Part shown: one piece after another, positions 9,623 through 17,935 of the stretch
Layout: each line of letters opens with the position of its first letter
Position numbering within the stretch: position 1 is the first letter of the stretch
Made by a program: the position numbers and the translations under genes
Assembly (NCBI GenBank): GCA_963708135.1
Contig: OY970192.1
Span: forward strand, 3,872,001 to 3,936,000
Source: an uncultured Gemmatimonadales bacterium
GTDB lineage: Bacteria; Gemmatimonadota; Gemmatimonadetes; Longimicrobiales; RSA9
Direction: 5' to 3'
DNA length: 64,000 bases
The notes under the pieces: model-generated
Databases searched by the model: none
Seen by the model: the letters and a program-made list of their open reading frames with translations, nothing else
Told to the model about the DNA's origin: nothing

Positions 9623-10283
9623 GAGCGGGGGAGTGGGGGAGTGGGGGATGCGGCGGGCTTCGGCGCCCTCGCGTCACCCGGCGCGGCGCCGATGGCGGCG
9701 GGACGCCGGTCCGGCGAACCGCCGCTGGGTCGCGGCCGCGACCCAGCGCTCGAGGCCCCGCATCCCGGCGCCCCCCGAACCCACGCGCCGCGGCGCGGCG
9801 AGGACGCGAGCCCCCGGACCCCGACGAACCCCCGGACCCGCGCGGCGCGGCGAGGGGCGCGAGGCACCCCGACGAACCCCCGGACCCGCGCGGCGCGGCG
9901 AGGGGCGCGAGGCACCCCGACGAACCCCCGAACCCGCGCGGCGCGGCGAGGGGCGCGAGGCACCCCGACGAACCCCCGAACCCGCGCGGCGCGGCGAGGG
10001 GCGCGAGGCACCCCGACGAACCCCCGAACCCGCGCGGCGCGGCGAGGGGCGCGAGGCACCCCGACGAACCCCCGAACCCGCGCGGCGCGGCGAGGGGCGC
10101 GAGGCACCCCGACGAACCCCCGAACCCGCGCGGCGCGGCGAGGGGCGCGAGGCACCCCGACGAACCCCCGAACCCGCGCGGCGCGGCGAGGGGCGCGAGG
10201 CCGGGAGATCGGAGAGGCGAAAGCGGCGTCCGCCCGGGGTCTCCCACTCTCCCACTCTCCCACTCTCCCACTCTCCCACTCCC
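9623..10283. mobile_element. Element of the same GAGTGGG-arm family, containing a 48 bp tandem array
   Basis: Left arm gagcgggggagtgggggagtgggggatgcggc; right arm gcccggggt(ctcccact)5. Confidence 0.7.
9821..10201. repeat. Tandem repeat, 8 x 48 bp, no spacers
   Basis: ccgacgaacc starts at 9821, 9869, 9917, 9965, 10013, 10061, 10109 and 10157; a degenerate copy lies just upstream. Confidence 0.95.
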
Positions 10284-10304
10284 GCCCGACCGCTCCGAAA
10301 CGCG

Positions 10305-11378
10305 TCACATCCCCACTCCCGCCTCCCACCCCAGCGCCTCCACGACCGCGTCCTCCTCCGCCGGCAGCTCCTCCGCCTCGAACCCGGGCGGCACGATGAC
10401 CGCGGGATCCTTCAGCCCGTGGCCTGTGAGCACACAGACGCAGCGCGCGTCCATGGCGACGCGCCCCTCAGCCACCGCCACGCGCAACCCGGCGACGCTC
10501 GCGGCGGATGCCGGTTCGCAGAAGACCCCTTCGCGGCGGGCGATCTCCCTCTGCGCCTCGAGGATCCGCTCGTCCGTGACCGCCAGGATCTCGCCGCCCG
10601 ACTCGCGCGCGGCGGCGATCGCCGGCTCCCAGGTGGCGGGGCGGCCGATGCGAATCGCGCTGGCCACCGTCTCCGGATGCTCCACGGGGTGGCCCAGCAC
10701 CAGCGGCGCGGCGCCGGCGGCCTGCACGCCGACCATGCGTGGCAGCGCGCTGCTCCGCCCGTGCTCCAGATAGCGGCGGAAGCCGAGCCAGTAGGCCGTG
10801 ATGTTGCCGCCGTTGCCCACCGGCAGGGCGAGGACGTCGGGGGCGTCGCCGAGCGCGTCGCAGACCTCGTACGCCGCCGTCGTCTGGCCCTCGATGCGGT
10901 GCGGGTTCACCGAGTTGACGAGGGCGACGGGGTGGTGCTCCGCGAGCGCGCGCACGAGCGCGAGCGCCGCGTCGAAGTTGCCGTCGATCGAGATCACCCG
11001 GGCCCCGTACGCCACCGCCTGCGCCACCTTGCCGATGGCCACCTTGCCCCGTGGCAGCAGGACCACCGCCGTCAGCCCGGCCCGCGCCGCGTACGCCGCC
11101 GCACTGGCCGCGGTGTTCCCGGTGGAGGCGCAGGCGACGGTGTGCGCGCCCCCCTCCATCGCCTTCGCCACGGCCACCACCATGCCGCGGTCCTTGAAGG
11201 AGCCCGTGGGGTTCATCCCCTCGTACTTCAGGTGCAGCGATGCGACGCCGAGCCACGCCGCCAGCCGGGGCGCCGCCACCGTGGGTGTGCTCCCCTCGTG
11301 CAGCGTGAGCGCCGGCGTGCGGGCCGTCACCGGCAGGAGCTCCGGATAGCGCCGGAGCACGCCCTCGTTCGCCGTCAC
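10305..11378 (-). CDS. thrC: Threonine synthase
   Basis: KYEGMNPTGSFKDRG (PLP lysine), CASTGNTAAS, PVGNGGN, FCEPASA, LTGHGLKD. Confidence 0.95.
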   Translation of the reverse strand: MTANEGVLRRYPELLPVTARTPALTLHEGSTPTVAAPRLAAWLGVASLHLKYEGMNPTGSFKDRGMVVAVAKAMEGGAHTVACASTGNTAASAAAYAARAGLTAVVLLPRGKVAIGKVAQAVAYGARVISIDGNFDAALALVRALAEHHPVALVNSVNPHRIEGQTTAAYEVCDALGDAPDVLALPVGNGGNITAYWLGFRRYLEHGRSSALPRMVGVQAAGAAPLVLGHPVEHPETVASAIRIGRPATWEPAIAAARESGGEILAVTDERILEAQREIARREGVFCEPASAASVAGLRVAVAEGRVAMDARCVCVLTGHGLKDPAVIVPPGFEAEELPAEEDAVVEALGWEAGVGM

Positions 11379-12379
11379 GTGCCACCTCCTTCCACCCGGC
11401 TCTCGCCGGCCCCGAGCACCCTTGCCCCTTCCCGCTCCACGCGCGCCGCGAAGGCGACGATCCCGCCGCGGCCGCCCGCTCCCGCTCCCGTGCCTCCGCC
11501 CCGCTGCGCGCTCGCGCCCGCCTCTGCCTCGCGGAAGAGCGCCGCCATCGCGTCGGCCACGGCGGCCATCCGCTCCGGCGGGCCGAGCGCGACGAGCCCC
11601 GAGCCGCCGCCGGAGATGGTGGCTCCCCACGCGCCCGCCTCGACCGCCGCCGCGAGCGCCGCCGCCGCGCCCGGGATGAGCGGCAGCCGGTGGCGCACGT
11701 GCAGCTCGTCCAGCAGCCCGAGGCGGATCAGCTCGGCGTCGCCGGTCTCGAGCCCGCGCACGAGGGCGGCCATGCGCCCGAGGCCGCGGGCGGCGGCCCC
11801 GTGCGGCACGCGCTCCGGCAGGGCCGCGCGCGCCGCCGCGGTCGGCAGTCCGGCCGCGGGCGCCGCGAACGCCACGCCGATCCCCTCCGCGAGCGGCAGC
11901 GGAAAGGGGTGCGCGCGCCCGTCCTCCCCCGCCGCGATCGCGACCAGCCCGCCATAGAGGGCCGGCGCGCTGTTGTCCGGGTGCCCCTCCCACGCGACGG
12001 CGTCGGCCAGCAGTGCCGGCCGCTCGGCGGCCGGCGCGCCGCGCGCAGCGTCCGCGAGCAGCAGCCCGGCCACCACCGCCGCCGCGGACGAGCCAAGCCC
12101 CTTCCCCACCGGGATCCGCGAGTCCACGCGCAGGAGCCCCCTCCCCTCCCGTCCCCCCGCTGCCGAGCGGGCGCGGAACACGCGCATGAGCAGGTCCTGC
12201 TCCGGCGGCCCGTCCACGTCGGCGGCGAACCCCTGCCGCTCGAGCCGGAGCGGCCCCGCCCCCGGCTCGTAGCATGCCGTGAGCGAGCGGTCCAGCGCCA
12301 GCCCCAGGCAGTCGAAGCCGACGCCCAGGTTCGAGGTGCTGGCCGGGACTCTCACGCAGAGCGGGTCGGGAGGAGGCAT
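11375..12379 (-). CDS. thrB: Homoserine kinase
   Basis: VPASTSNLGVGFDCLG, IPVGKGLGSSAAA (GHMP motif), EGHPDN, ISGGGS. Confidence 0.95.
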   Translation of the reverse strand: MPPPDPLCVRVPASTSNLGVGFDCLGLALDRSLTACYEPGAGPLRLERQGFAADVDGPPEQDLLMRVFRARSAAGGREGRGLLRVDSRIPVGKGLGSSAAAVVAGLLLADAARGAPAAERPALLADAVAWEGHPDNSAPALYGGLVAIAAGEDGRAHPFPLPLAEGIGVAFAAPAAGLPTAAARAALPERVPHGAAARGLGRMAALVRGLETGDAELIRLGLLDELHVRHRLPLIPGAAAALAAAVEAGAWGATISGGGSGLVALGPPERMAAVADAMAALFREAEAGASAQRGGGTGAGAGGRGGIVAFAARVEREGARVLGAGESRVEGGGT

Positions 12380-12577
12380 ATCGGCTCCAGGTAACGAATG
12401 ACGGCGGGTGAAGGTGGGGTGAGGGCGAGGGCGGGGAAACTCCACCCCCACGCTCACCCCCACCCGCTGTTCGTCTCGTTGCCGGATACACTCGGCCGCC
12501 CCGTTCGCTCTTCGCGCGGGGCGGCAGATCGGGCGCGTCGCCTGCGGCGCACCCGGGGGCGGGCCGAGCGATCCGGA

Positions 12578-12922
12578 TCAGCGGATCGTGTAGTGGGGAA
12601 GCACTCTGAAGAGGATGATGAGGCTGATGACGACCGTCGTCGCCAGCAGCAGCGGCGCCACGAACACGCTGCTGAAGACCTTGCTGTCGAACTTCAGGTG
12701 CATATAGAACATGACCACCAGGACGAACTTCGCCGCGGACAGGGTCAGCAGCAGCGGCACCATGACGGAGTGGAGGGCCGGGATGTAGTAGACCGCCACC
12801 TCGATCGCGGTGATGACGGTGAGCACCGCACCGATGGCCACGTACGTCCACGCGCCGGGATGGGTGTGGACGTCGTGCTCGACCTCGTGCTCTCTGCTCT
12901 CCGCGTAGGCTTCTCCGGGCAT
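12578..12922 (-). CDS. ctaF: Cytochrome c oxidase subunit IV (caa3 type)
   Basis: LTVITAIEV, KFVLVVMFYMHLKFD; last gene of the oxidase operon. Confidence 0.88.
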   Translation of the reverse strand: MPGEAYAESREHEVEHDVHTHPGAWTYVAIGAVLTVITAIEVAVYYIPALHSVMVPLLLTLSAAKFVLVVMFYMHLKFDSKVFSSVFVAPLLLATTVVISLIILFRVLPHYTIR

Positions 12923-12932
12923 GATCGCTCTC

Positions 12933-13537
12933 CTACTGGAGCAGGTAGACCAGGGTGAAGATGATGATCCAGACGATGTCGACGAAGTGCCAGTAGAGCC
13001 CCGCGATCTCGACCGTCAGCGCCTTGGACTGCCCGAGCTTCCCGCGCCACGCCTGGACCCATAGGCTCAGCAGCCAGATCACGCCCACCGTCACGTGCGC
13101 GCCGTGGAAGCCGGTCAGCACGAAGAACGTGGAGCCGAACAGGTTCGTCTGCAGGTGCAGCCCCTTCTCCCAGAACTCGGTGAACTCGAACGCCTGGAAG
13201 CCGAGGAACGTCGCCCCGAGCAGCGCCACCATGAAGAGCCACAGGAGCGTCTGCTTGCGGTTGCCCCGCTGCACCGCCGCGAGCGCGAGCACCATGCAGA
13301 GCGAGCTCATCAGCAGCACGAACGTGCTCACCGAGGTGAGCGGGATGTTCAGGATGTCGTGCGGATGGGGGGGAGGACGCTCTGGTGCTTGTACACCATG
13401 TACGTCGAGATCAGCGAGCCGAAGAACAGCGTCTCCGACCCCAAAAAGATCCAGAACCCCAGCTTGAAGGTGTTCAGCCCCGTCGAGGTCTCGTGCTCGA
13501 GAACGCTCTCCGCCGGGAGTGCCGCCGCGTGATCCAT
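12933..13537 (-). pseudogene. ctaE: Cytochrome c oxidase subunit III, frameshifted in a C7 run (real mutation or sequencing error)
   Basis: N-half MDHAAA...KLGFWIFLGSETLFFGSLISTY and C-half PHDILNIPLTS...TGFHGAHV...GLYWHFVDIVW are in different frames; the switch is at G7, 13367-13373. Confidence 0.88.
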
Positions 13538-13559
13538 GTTCCTCGCTTCGCTCGTCACC

Positions 13560-13611
13560 GCAAGCGCAAAAGCAAGCGCAAACGTCATTTGCGCTTGCCC
13601 TTGCGCTTGCG
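13560..13611. repeat. Short inverted simple-repeat hairpin between ctaD and ctaE
   Basis: gcaagcgcaaaagcaagcgcaaa-cgtca-tttgcgcttgcccttgcgcttgc. Confidence 0.8.
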
Positions 13612-13612
13612 T

Positions 13613-15442
13613 TCAGTGGATGGGCTCGTACGCCCAGTTCACGACGCCGATGGCCGCCCAGGCCAGCCCGATCAGCGGCAGCCACCACAGCTTCATGTCG
13701 CTGTGCATCGGCATGAACAGGATGAACGTCCCCGCGATCCCCACCGCGGTGAAGATCGGCCAGTAGGAGGGCGGCGGCAGGTGCACGTGCTCGGGCTCGG
13801 CCTGCGCGGCCGCGATGATCTCGTCCGCGCCCTCGAGCCAGAGCGGCTCGCGGTTGTGGATCACCGGCACGCGGCCGAAGTTGTACTCCGGCGGCGGCGA
13901 GCTCGTCGCCCACTCGAGCGTGGGCGCGCCCCACGGGTTGTGGCCCGCCGGCGTCCCCTTCCTCCAGCTGCGCAGCAGGTTCCAGGCGAAGATCAGCACG
14001 GCCACGGCCGTGAGGTAGCCGCCCACCGTGGACACGATGTTCCAGCCCTGCACGTTCAACTGCGCGGAGTAGGTGTAGGTGCGGCGCGGCATCCCGAGCA
14101 GCCCCGAGAAGTGCATCGGGAAGAAGGTCAGGTTGAGCCCGATGAAGAACAGCCAGAAGTGCCACTTCCCGAGCGTCTCGCTCATGAGCCGGCCGGTCAG
14201 CTTCGGGAACCAGTAGTAGAAGCCGGCGAACACGCCCAGCATCGTGCCGCCAACCAGCACGTAGTGGAAGTGGGCCACGACGAAGTAGGTGTCGGTCTGC
14301 TGCAGGTCGGCGGGCGAGGTGGCGTGCATGACGCCGCTGATCCCGCCCAGCGTGAACGCGCCGACCATACCCACCGCGAAGAGCATGGCCGTGGTGAAGC
14401 GCAGCTGGCCGCCCCACATGGTGGCCAGCCAGTTGAAGATCTTCACCCCCGTCGGGATGGCGATGATCATCGTCGAGATGGTGAAGAACGCGTCGGCGAT
14501 CGGGCCCAGCCCGGTCGCGAACATGTGGTGCGCCCACACGCCCCAGCCGATCAGCCCGATCAGCGAGCCGGAGTACACCATGACCGCGTAACCGAAGAGC
14601 GGCTTGCGCGAGAATGTCGGGATGACGTCGCTCACGATGCCGAAGGCGGGCAGGATCAGGATGTAGACCTCGGGGTGGCCGAACAGCCAGAACAGGTGCT
14701 GCCACAGGATCGGATCGCCGCCCGCCGCGACCTCATAGAAGTTGGTGCCCCAGAAGCGGTCGAAGGTCAGGAAGAAGAGCGCCACCGCCAGCACGGGCAG
14801 CGCCGTGATCAGCAGGAAGCTCGTGACCAGCGACATCCAGGTGAAGAGCGGCATGCGCATGAGCCGCATGCCGGGTGCGCGCAGGTTCAGGATCGTGGTG
14901 ACGAAGTTCACGCCGCCCATGATCGAGGCAATGCCGAGGATCTGCAGCCCGAGCGAGTAGAAGTCCATGTTCAGGCCGGGCGAATACTGCCGCGTGGACA
15001 GGTTCGCGTAGCCGAACCAGCCGCCGTTCGGCGCCGAGTTGAAGAACCAGCTGGCGTAGATGAACAGACCGCCGAACAGGAAGAGCCAGAAGGAGAGCGC
15101 GTTCAGCCGAGGGAACGCCACGTCGCGCGCCCCGATCTGGAGCGGCACGAGGAAGTTGAAGAACGCCACCGCGATCGGCATGCCGACCAGGAACACCATG
15201 GTCAGCCCGTGCATCGTGAACAGCTCGTTGTAGAGCTGCGCCGAGACGAACGTGTTGTCCGGCCGCACCAGCTGCGTCCGGATCAGCAGCGCCTCGACGC
15301 CGCCGCACAGCAGAAAGAACAGCGACGCCCCGCCGTACAGCACGCCGATCTTCTTGTGGTCGACCGTGGTGATCCAGTCCCGGAACCCGCCGCGCCGATG
15401 CGCGGCCGCTCCCGCCTGGACGTGTGCTTCCGCTGTGGCCAT
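13613..15442 (-). CDS. ctaD: Cytochrome c oxidase subunit I (A1 type)
   Basis: TVDHKKIG, FTMHG, GHPEVY, WAHHM, VAHFHY, GMPRR. Confidence 0.97.
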   Translation of the reverse strand: MATAEAHVQAGAAAHRRGGFRDWITTVDHKKIGVLYGGASLFFLLCGGVEALLIRTQLVRPDNTFVSAQLYNELFTMHGLTMVFLVGMPIAVAFFNFLVPLQIGARDVAFPRLNALSFWLFLFGGLFIYASWFFNSAPNGGWFGYANLSTRQYSPGLNMDFYSLGLQILGIASIMGGVNFVTTILNLRAPGMRLMRMPLFTWMSLVTSFLLITALPVLAVALFFLTFDRFWGTNFYEVAAGGDPILWQHLFWLFGHPEVYILILPAFGIVSDVIPTFSRKPLFGYAVMVYSGSLIGLIGWGVWAHHMFATGLGPIADAFFTISTMIIAIPTGVKIFNWLATMWGGQLRFTTAMLFAVGMVGAFTLGGISGVMHATSPADLQQTDTYFVVAHFHYVLVGGTMLGVFAGFYYWFPKLTGRLMSETLGKWHFWLFFIGLNLTFFPMHFSGLLGMPRRTYTYSAQLNVQGWNIVSTVGGYLTAVAVLIFAWNLLRSWRKGTPAGHNPWGAPTLEWATSSPPPEYNFGRVPVIHNREPLWLEGADEIIAAAQAEPEHVHLPPPSYWPIFTAVGIAGTFILFMPMHSDMKLWWLPLIGLAWAAIGVVNWAYEPIH

Positions 15443-15470
15443 TCCCGCATCCCGCCGAATGAGTGGTCCG

Positions 15471-16538
15471 TTACTTGAGGCTGGCCAGGTACGCCGCGAT
15501 CGCCTCGACCTCGTGCTGCGTCAGCCCCGTCGGCGGCATCCCGCCCCCGCCGACCTTGATGCCCGGCATGTTGGCCCCCGGCTTCACGGCCGCCGGATGC
15601 GTGATCCACTTCACCAGGTTCTGCTGCGACATCGGCAGCATCCCCGCGCCGATCGTCTCGCGCGACCCCAGCCGCGTGAGGTTGGGCCCGATCAGGCCCG
15701 CGGCCGGGGTGCCCTCGAGCGTGTGGCACGCGACGCACAACTTCGTCCCGAAGATCTTCTCCCCCTGCACCGCCAGGGTGTCGTTCGGCGGCGGATGCTC
15801 GGGCGTCTTCATCGCCGCGACCCACGTCTGGAAGTCCGCCGGCGTCTCGACCACCGCCCGCACCCGCATGTCCGCGTGCGCCGTGCCGCAGAACTCGGCG
15901 CACTGCCCCAGGAACACCCCCGTGCTGTCCGCCGTGAACACGATGTGGTTCACCCGCTTCGCGCCCGTGCCCGGCAGCGCCGGCTGCGGGTTCACGTCCC
16001 GCTTGCCGCCCAGCCGCGGGATCCAGAACGAGTGGATCACGTCCGCAGAGTGCATGGTCAAATCGATCGGCCGCCCCGTCGGGATGCGCAGCTCGTTCGC
16101 CGTCACCACACCGTACTCCGGGTAGCGGAACTCCCACCACCACTGGTGCCCGATCACCTCGACCGTCAGCGCGTTCGCAGGCGCCGGCGCCTGCGTCTCG
16201 AAGATGCCGTGGATCGTCGGCACCGCGATGAAGGCGACGATGATCGCCGGGCCGATCGTCCACGCGATCTCCAGCTTCGCGTTGCCGTGCACCGGCTCCG
16301 GCCGCGGCGCCCCCTCCTTCTCCCGGAACCGCAGCACGATCACGACGAGCGCGCCCCAGACCACCGCGAGCACGAACATCGTCCACCAGAACGTGTTCTC
16401 GAACAGGTGGTTCAGCAGGCGCCCGTACTCCGTCACGGGCTCGAACGTCGTCTGCGGATGACCCGCGCAGCCGACGGCCAGGCCCGTGAGGGCCGCGACC
16501 GCCGCTGCGCGGATGAGGCTACGACTGCGAGCGGTCAT
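15471..16538 (-). CDS. ctaC: Cytochrome c oxidase subunit II fused to cytochrome c (caa3)
   Basis: LAVGC lipobox, GHQWWWEF, DVIHSF, CuA motif CAEFCGTAHADM, heme motif CVACH. Confidence 0.95.
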   Translation of the reverse strand: MTARSRSLIRAAAVAALTGLAVGCAGHPQTTFEPVTEYGRLLNHLFENTFWWTMFVLAVVWGALVVIVLRFREKEGAPRPEPVHGNAKLEIAWTIGPAIIVAFIAVPTIHGIFETQAPAPANALTVEVIGHQWWWEFRYPEYGVVTANELRIPTGRPIDLTMHSADVIHSFWIPRLGGKRDVNPQPALPGTGAKRVNHIVFTADSTGVFLGQCAEFCGTAHADMRVRAVVETPADFQTWVAAMKTPEHPPPNDTLAVQGEKIFGTKLCVACHTLEGTPAAGLIGPNLTRLGSRETIGAGMLPMSQQNLVKWITHPAAVKPGANMPGIKVGGGGMPPTGLTQHEVEAIAAYLASLK

Positions 16539-16602
16539 TCGCTCCTCTCTGGATCCAGCCGGATTGGGCCGCCTGGGGCGCGGCCGGGCGACGAAAGCCG
16601 CG

Positions 16603-16632
16603 GACAATAGTAATCATTCTCCGCGCGGTCAA
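16603..16632 (-). promoter_or_regulatory. Sigma70-like promoter of the oxidase operon with an overlapping Fur-like box
   Basis: Minus strand TTGACC-17 nt-TATTGT; GAGAATGATTACTATTGTC matches the Fur consensus GATAATGATAATCATTATC at 14/19. Confidence 0.6.
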
Positions 16633-17732
16633 GCCGCACCCGGCCGCGCCGCCGCGAGTGGGCCATGCTGCCACGATGCCGCCATCCGACGCGCCTGCCG
16701 CGCGAGCGCCGCCCACAGCGCGAACGCCCCCCACACCGCCGTCCCCGCCGCCACGTGCGCGGCCCGGAAGGTGGGCGGGAAGCCCATGCCGACCATGCCC
16801 GCGGCGATCGCGACCTGGAGCGCGACGACGCCGAGCGCGGCCAGCCCCGCGCGCCGGACCGCGGCATCGGCGGCGCGCCGCCCCGCCAGGATGGCGCCGG
16901 CGAGCGCCTGGAGCACGAGCAGGTAGGCCAGCAGCCGGTGCGTGAACTGCAGGTCCACGAGCCCGCCTCCCGCCGGCAGCAGGCGGCCGTTGCAGAACGG
17001 GAACCCCTGGCACGCGAGCGCCGCGGCGGAGGGGGCGCCGCCCGGGGGCGCGCCGGTGTTGGCCACGAGCGCGCCGAAGGCGACGACGACGAACGCCAGC
17101 CCCGCTCCCGCGGCGGCCGTGCGCCAGACCCGGCGGGCATCGCGTGCGCGCTCCCCGGCCGCCATCTGCATGGTTCCGGCCAGCCGTGGCGCCGGCGTCT
17201 CTCCCGCGGCATGGAGCCCGCCGCTCACGCGCGCGGCGCCGAAGGAGCCGCCCCGGACCGCGGCGACGATCAGCGTGCCGAGCAGCGCCATGGCGTTGGC
17301 CAGGTGCAGCGCGGTGACGGCGGCGGAGGTCAGCTCGAGCTTCACGGTGAGGGCCCCGAGCAGCACCTGGGCCACGAGCAGCCCGGCTGCCAGCAAGGCC
17401 GGCCGGAGCAGCCCGTCGGGCCCCGCGAAGCCGGGCTCGCGCCGGTGCCGCAATGCCCGGACCACCACCGCGCCGATGACGAGGACGATCCCCGCCGCGA
17501 GCAGCCGGTGCGTGTACTCGATGACGGTGTTGAAGGTGAACGGCGGGATCCAGTGGCCGTGGCAGCGCGGCCAGTCGTCGCCGCAGCCGAGCCCCGACCC
17601 GGAGATCCGCACGATCCCGCCCACCACGATCAGCGCGTAGGTATAGACGGCCGCGAAGGCCGCGAGCCGCCCGAATCCCCGGCGCGCGACCGAGCCCGCC
17701 CCCGGGGTGCCGGGCGCGAAAGCCATGTCCAT
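16629..17732 (-). CDS. ctaA: Heme A synthase (COX15/CtaA)
   Basis: GGIVRISGSGLGCGDDWPRC, IEYTHR, ALHLANA, CQGFPFCNG, QFTHR, AAHVA. Confidence 0.93.
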   Translation of the reverse strand: MDMAFAPGTPGAGSVARRGFGRLAAFAAVYTYALIVVGGIVRISGSGLGCGDDWPRCHGHWIPPFTFNTVIEYTHRLLAAGIVLVIGAVVVRALRHRREPGFAGPDGLLRPALLAAGLLVAQVLLGALTVKLELTSAAVTALHLANAMALLGTLIVAAVRGGSFGAARVSGGLHAAGETPAPRLAGTMQMAAGERARDARRVWRTAAAGAGLAFVVVAFGALVANTGAPPGGAPSAAALACQGFPFCNGRLLPAGGGLVDLQFTHRLLAYLLVLQALAGAILAGRRAADAAVRRAGLAALGVVALQVAIAAGMVGMGFPPTFRAAHVAAGTAVWGAFALWAALARQARRMAASWQHGPLAAARPGAA

Positions 17733-17935
17733 GGCACACAACTCCGTGACCCAGTTTGGATTGAGGCCACAATATGGGAGAAGTCGCGCCGCACGGCCAG
17801 CGGGCGGGGCCGGAGAGTCCAGAGTGGGCGAGTGGGAGACGGGGCTGCACCCGATCGCGGCGCGGGGTGCCGGGCCCGAGAGTGGCGCCCACCGCGCCGC
17901 TGGCCACACGATCCGCTGGCCACTATCGTGCCGGC

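Noticed and set aside
9821..10201. Possible CRISPR array
   Set aside because: The 48 bp units are contiguous with no unique spacers, and there are no cas genes in the window.
9031..11957. Long repeat-containing ORFs in several frames across the 48 bp array
   Set aside because: Open frames follow from a stop-free, GC-rich unit of length divisible by 3; they overlap real genes and have no credible starts.
10305..12851. 848 aa ORF and similar extended ORFs (29027-30817, 34519-36891, 20003-23227, 38268-40733)
   Set aside because: N-terminal extensions are Arg/Gly/Ala-rich shadow translations overlapping other genes; starts were trimmed to motif-supported positions.
17815..17840. Lone gagtgggcgagtgggag arm upstream of ctaA
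   Set aside because: Resembles the GAGTGGG family but has no matching opposite arm; at most a remnant.
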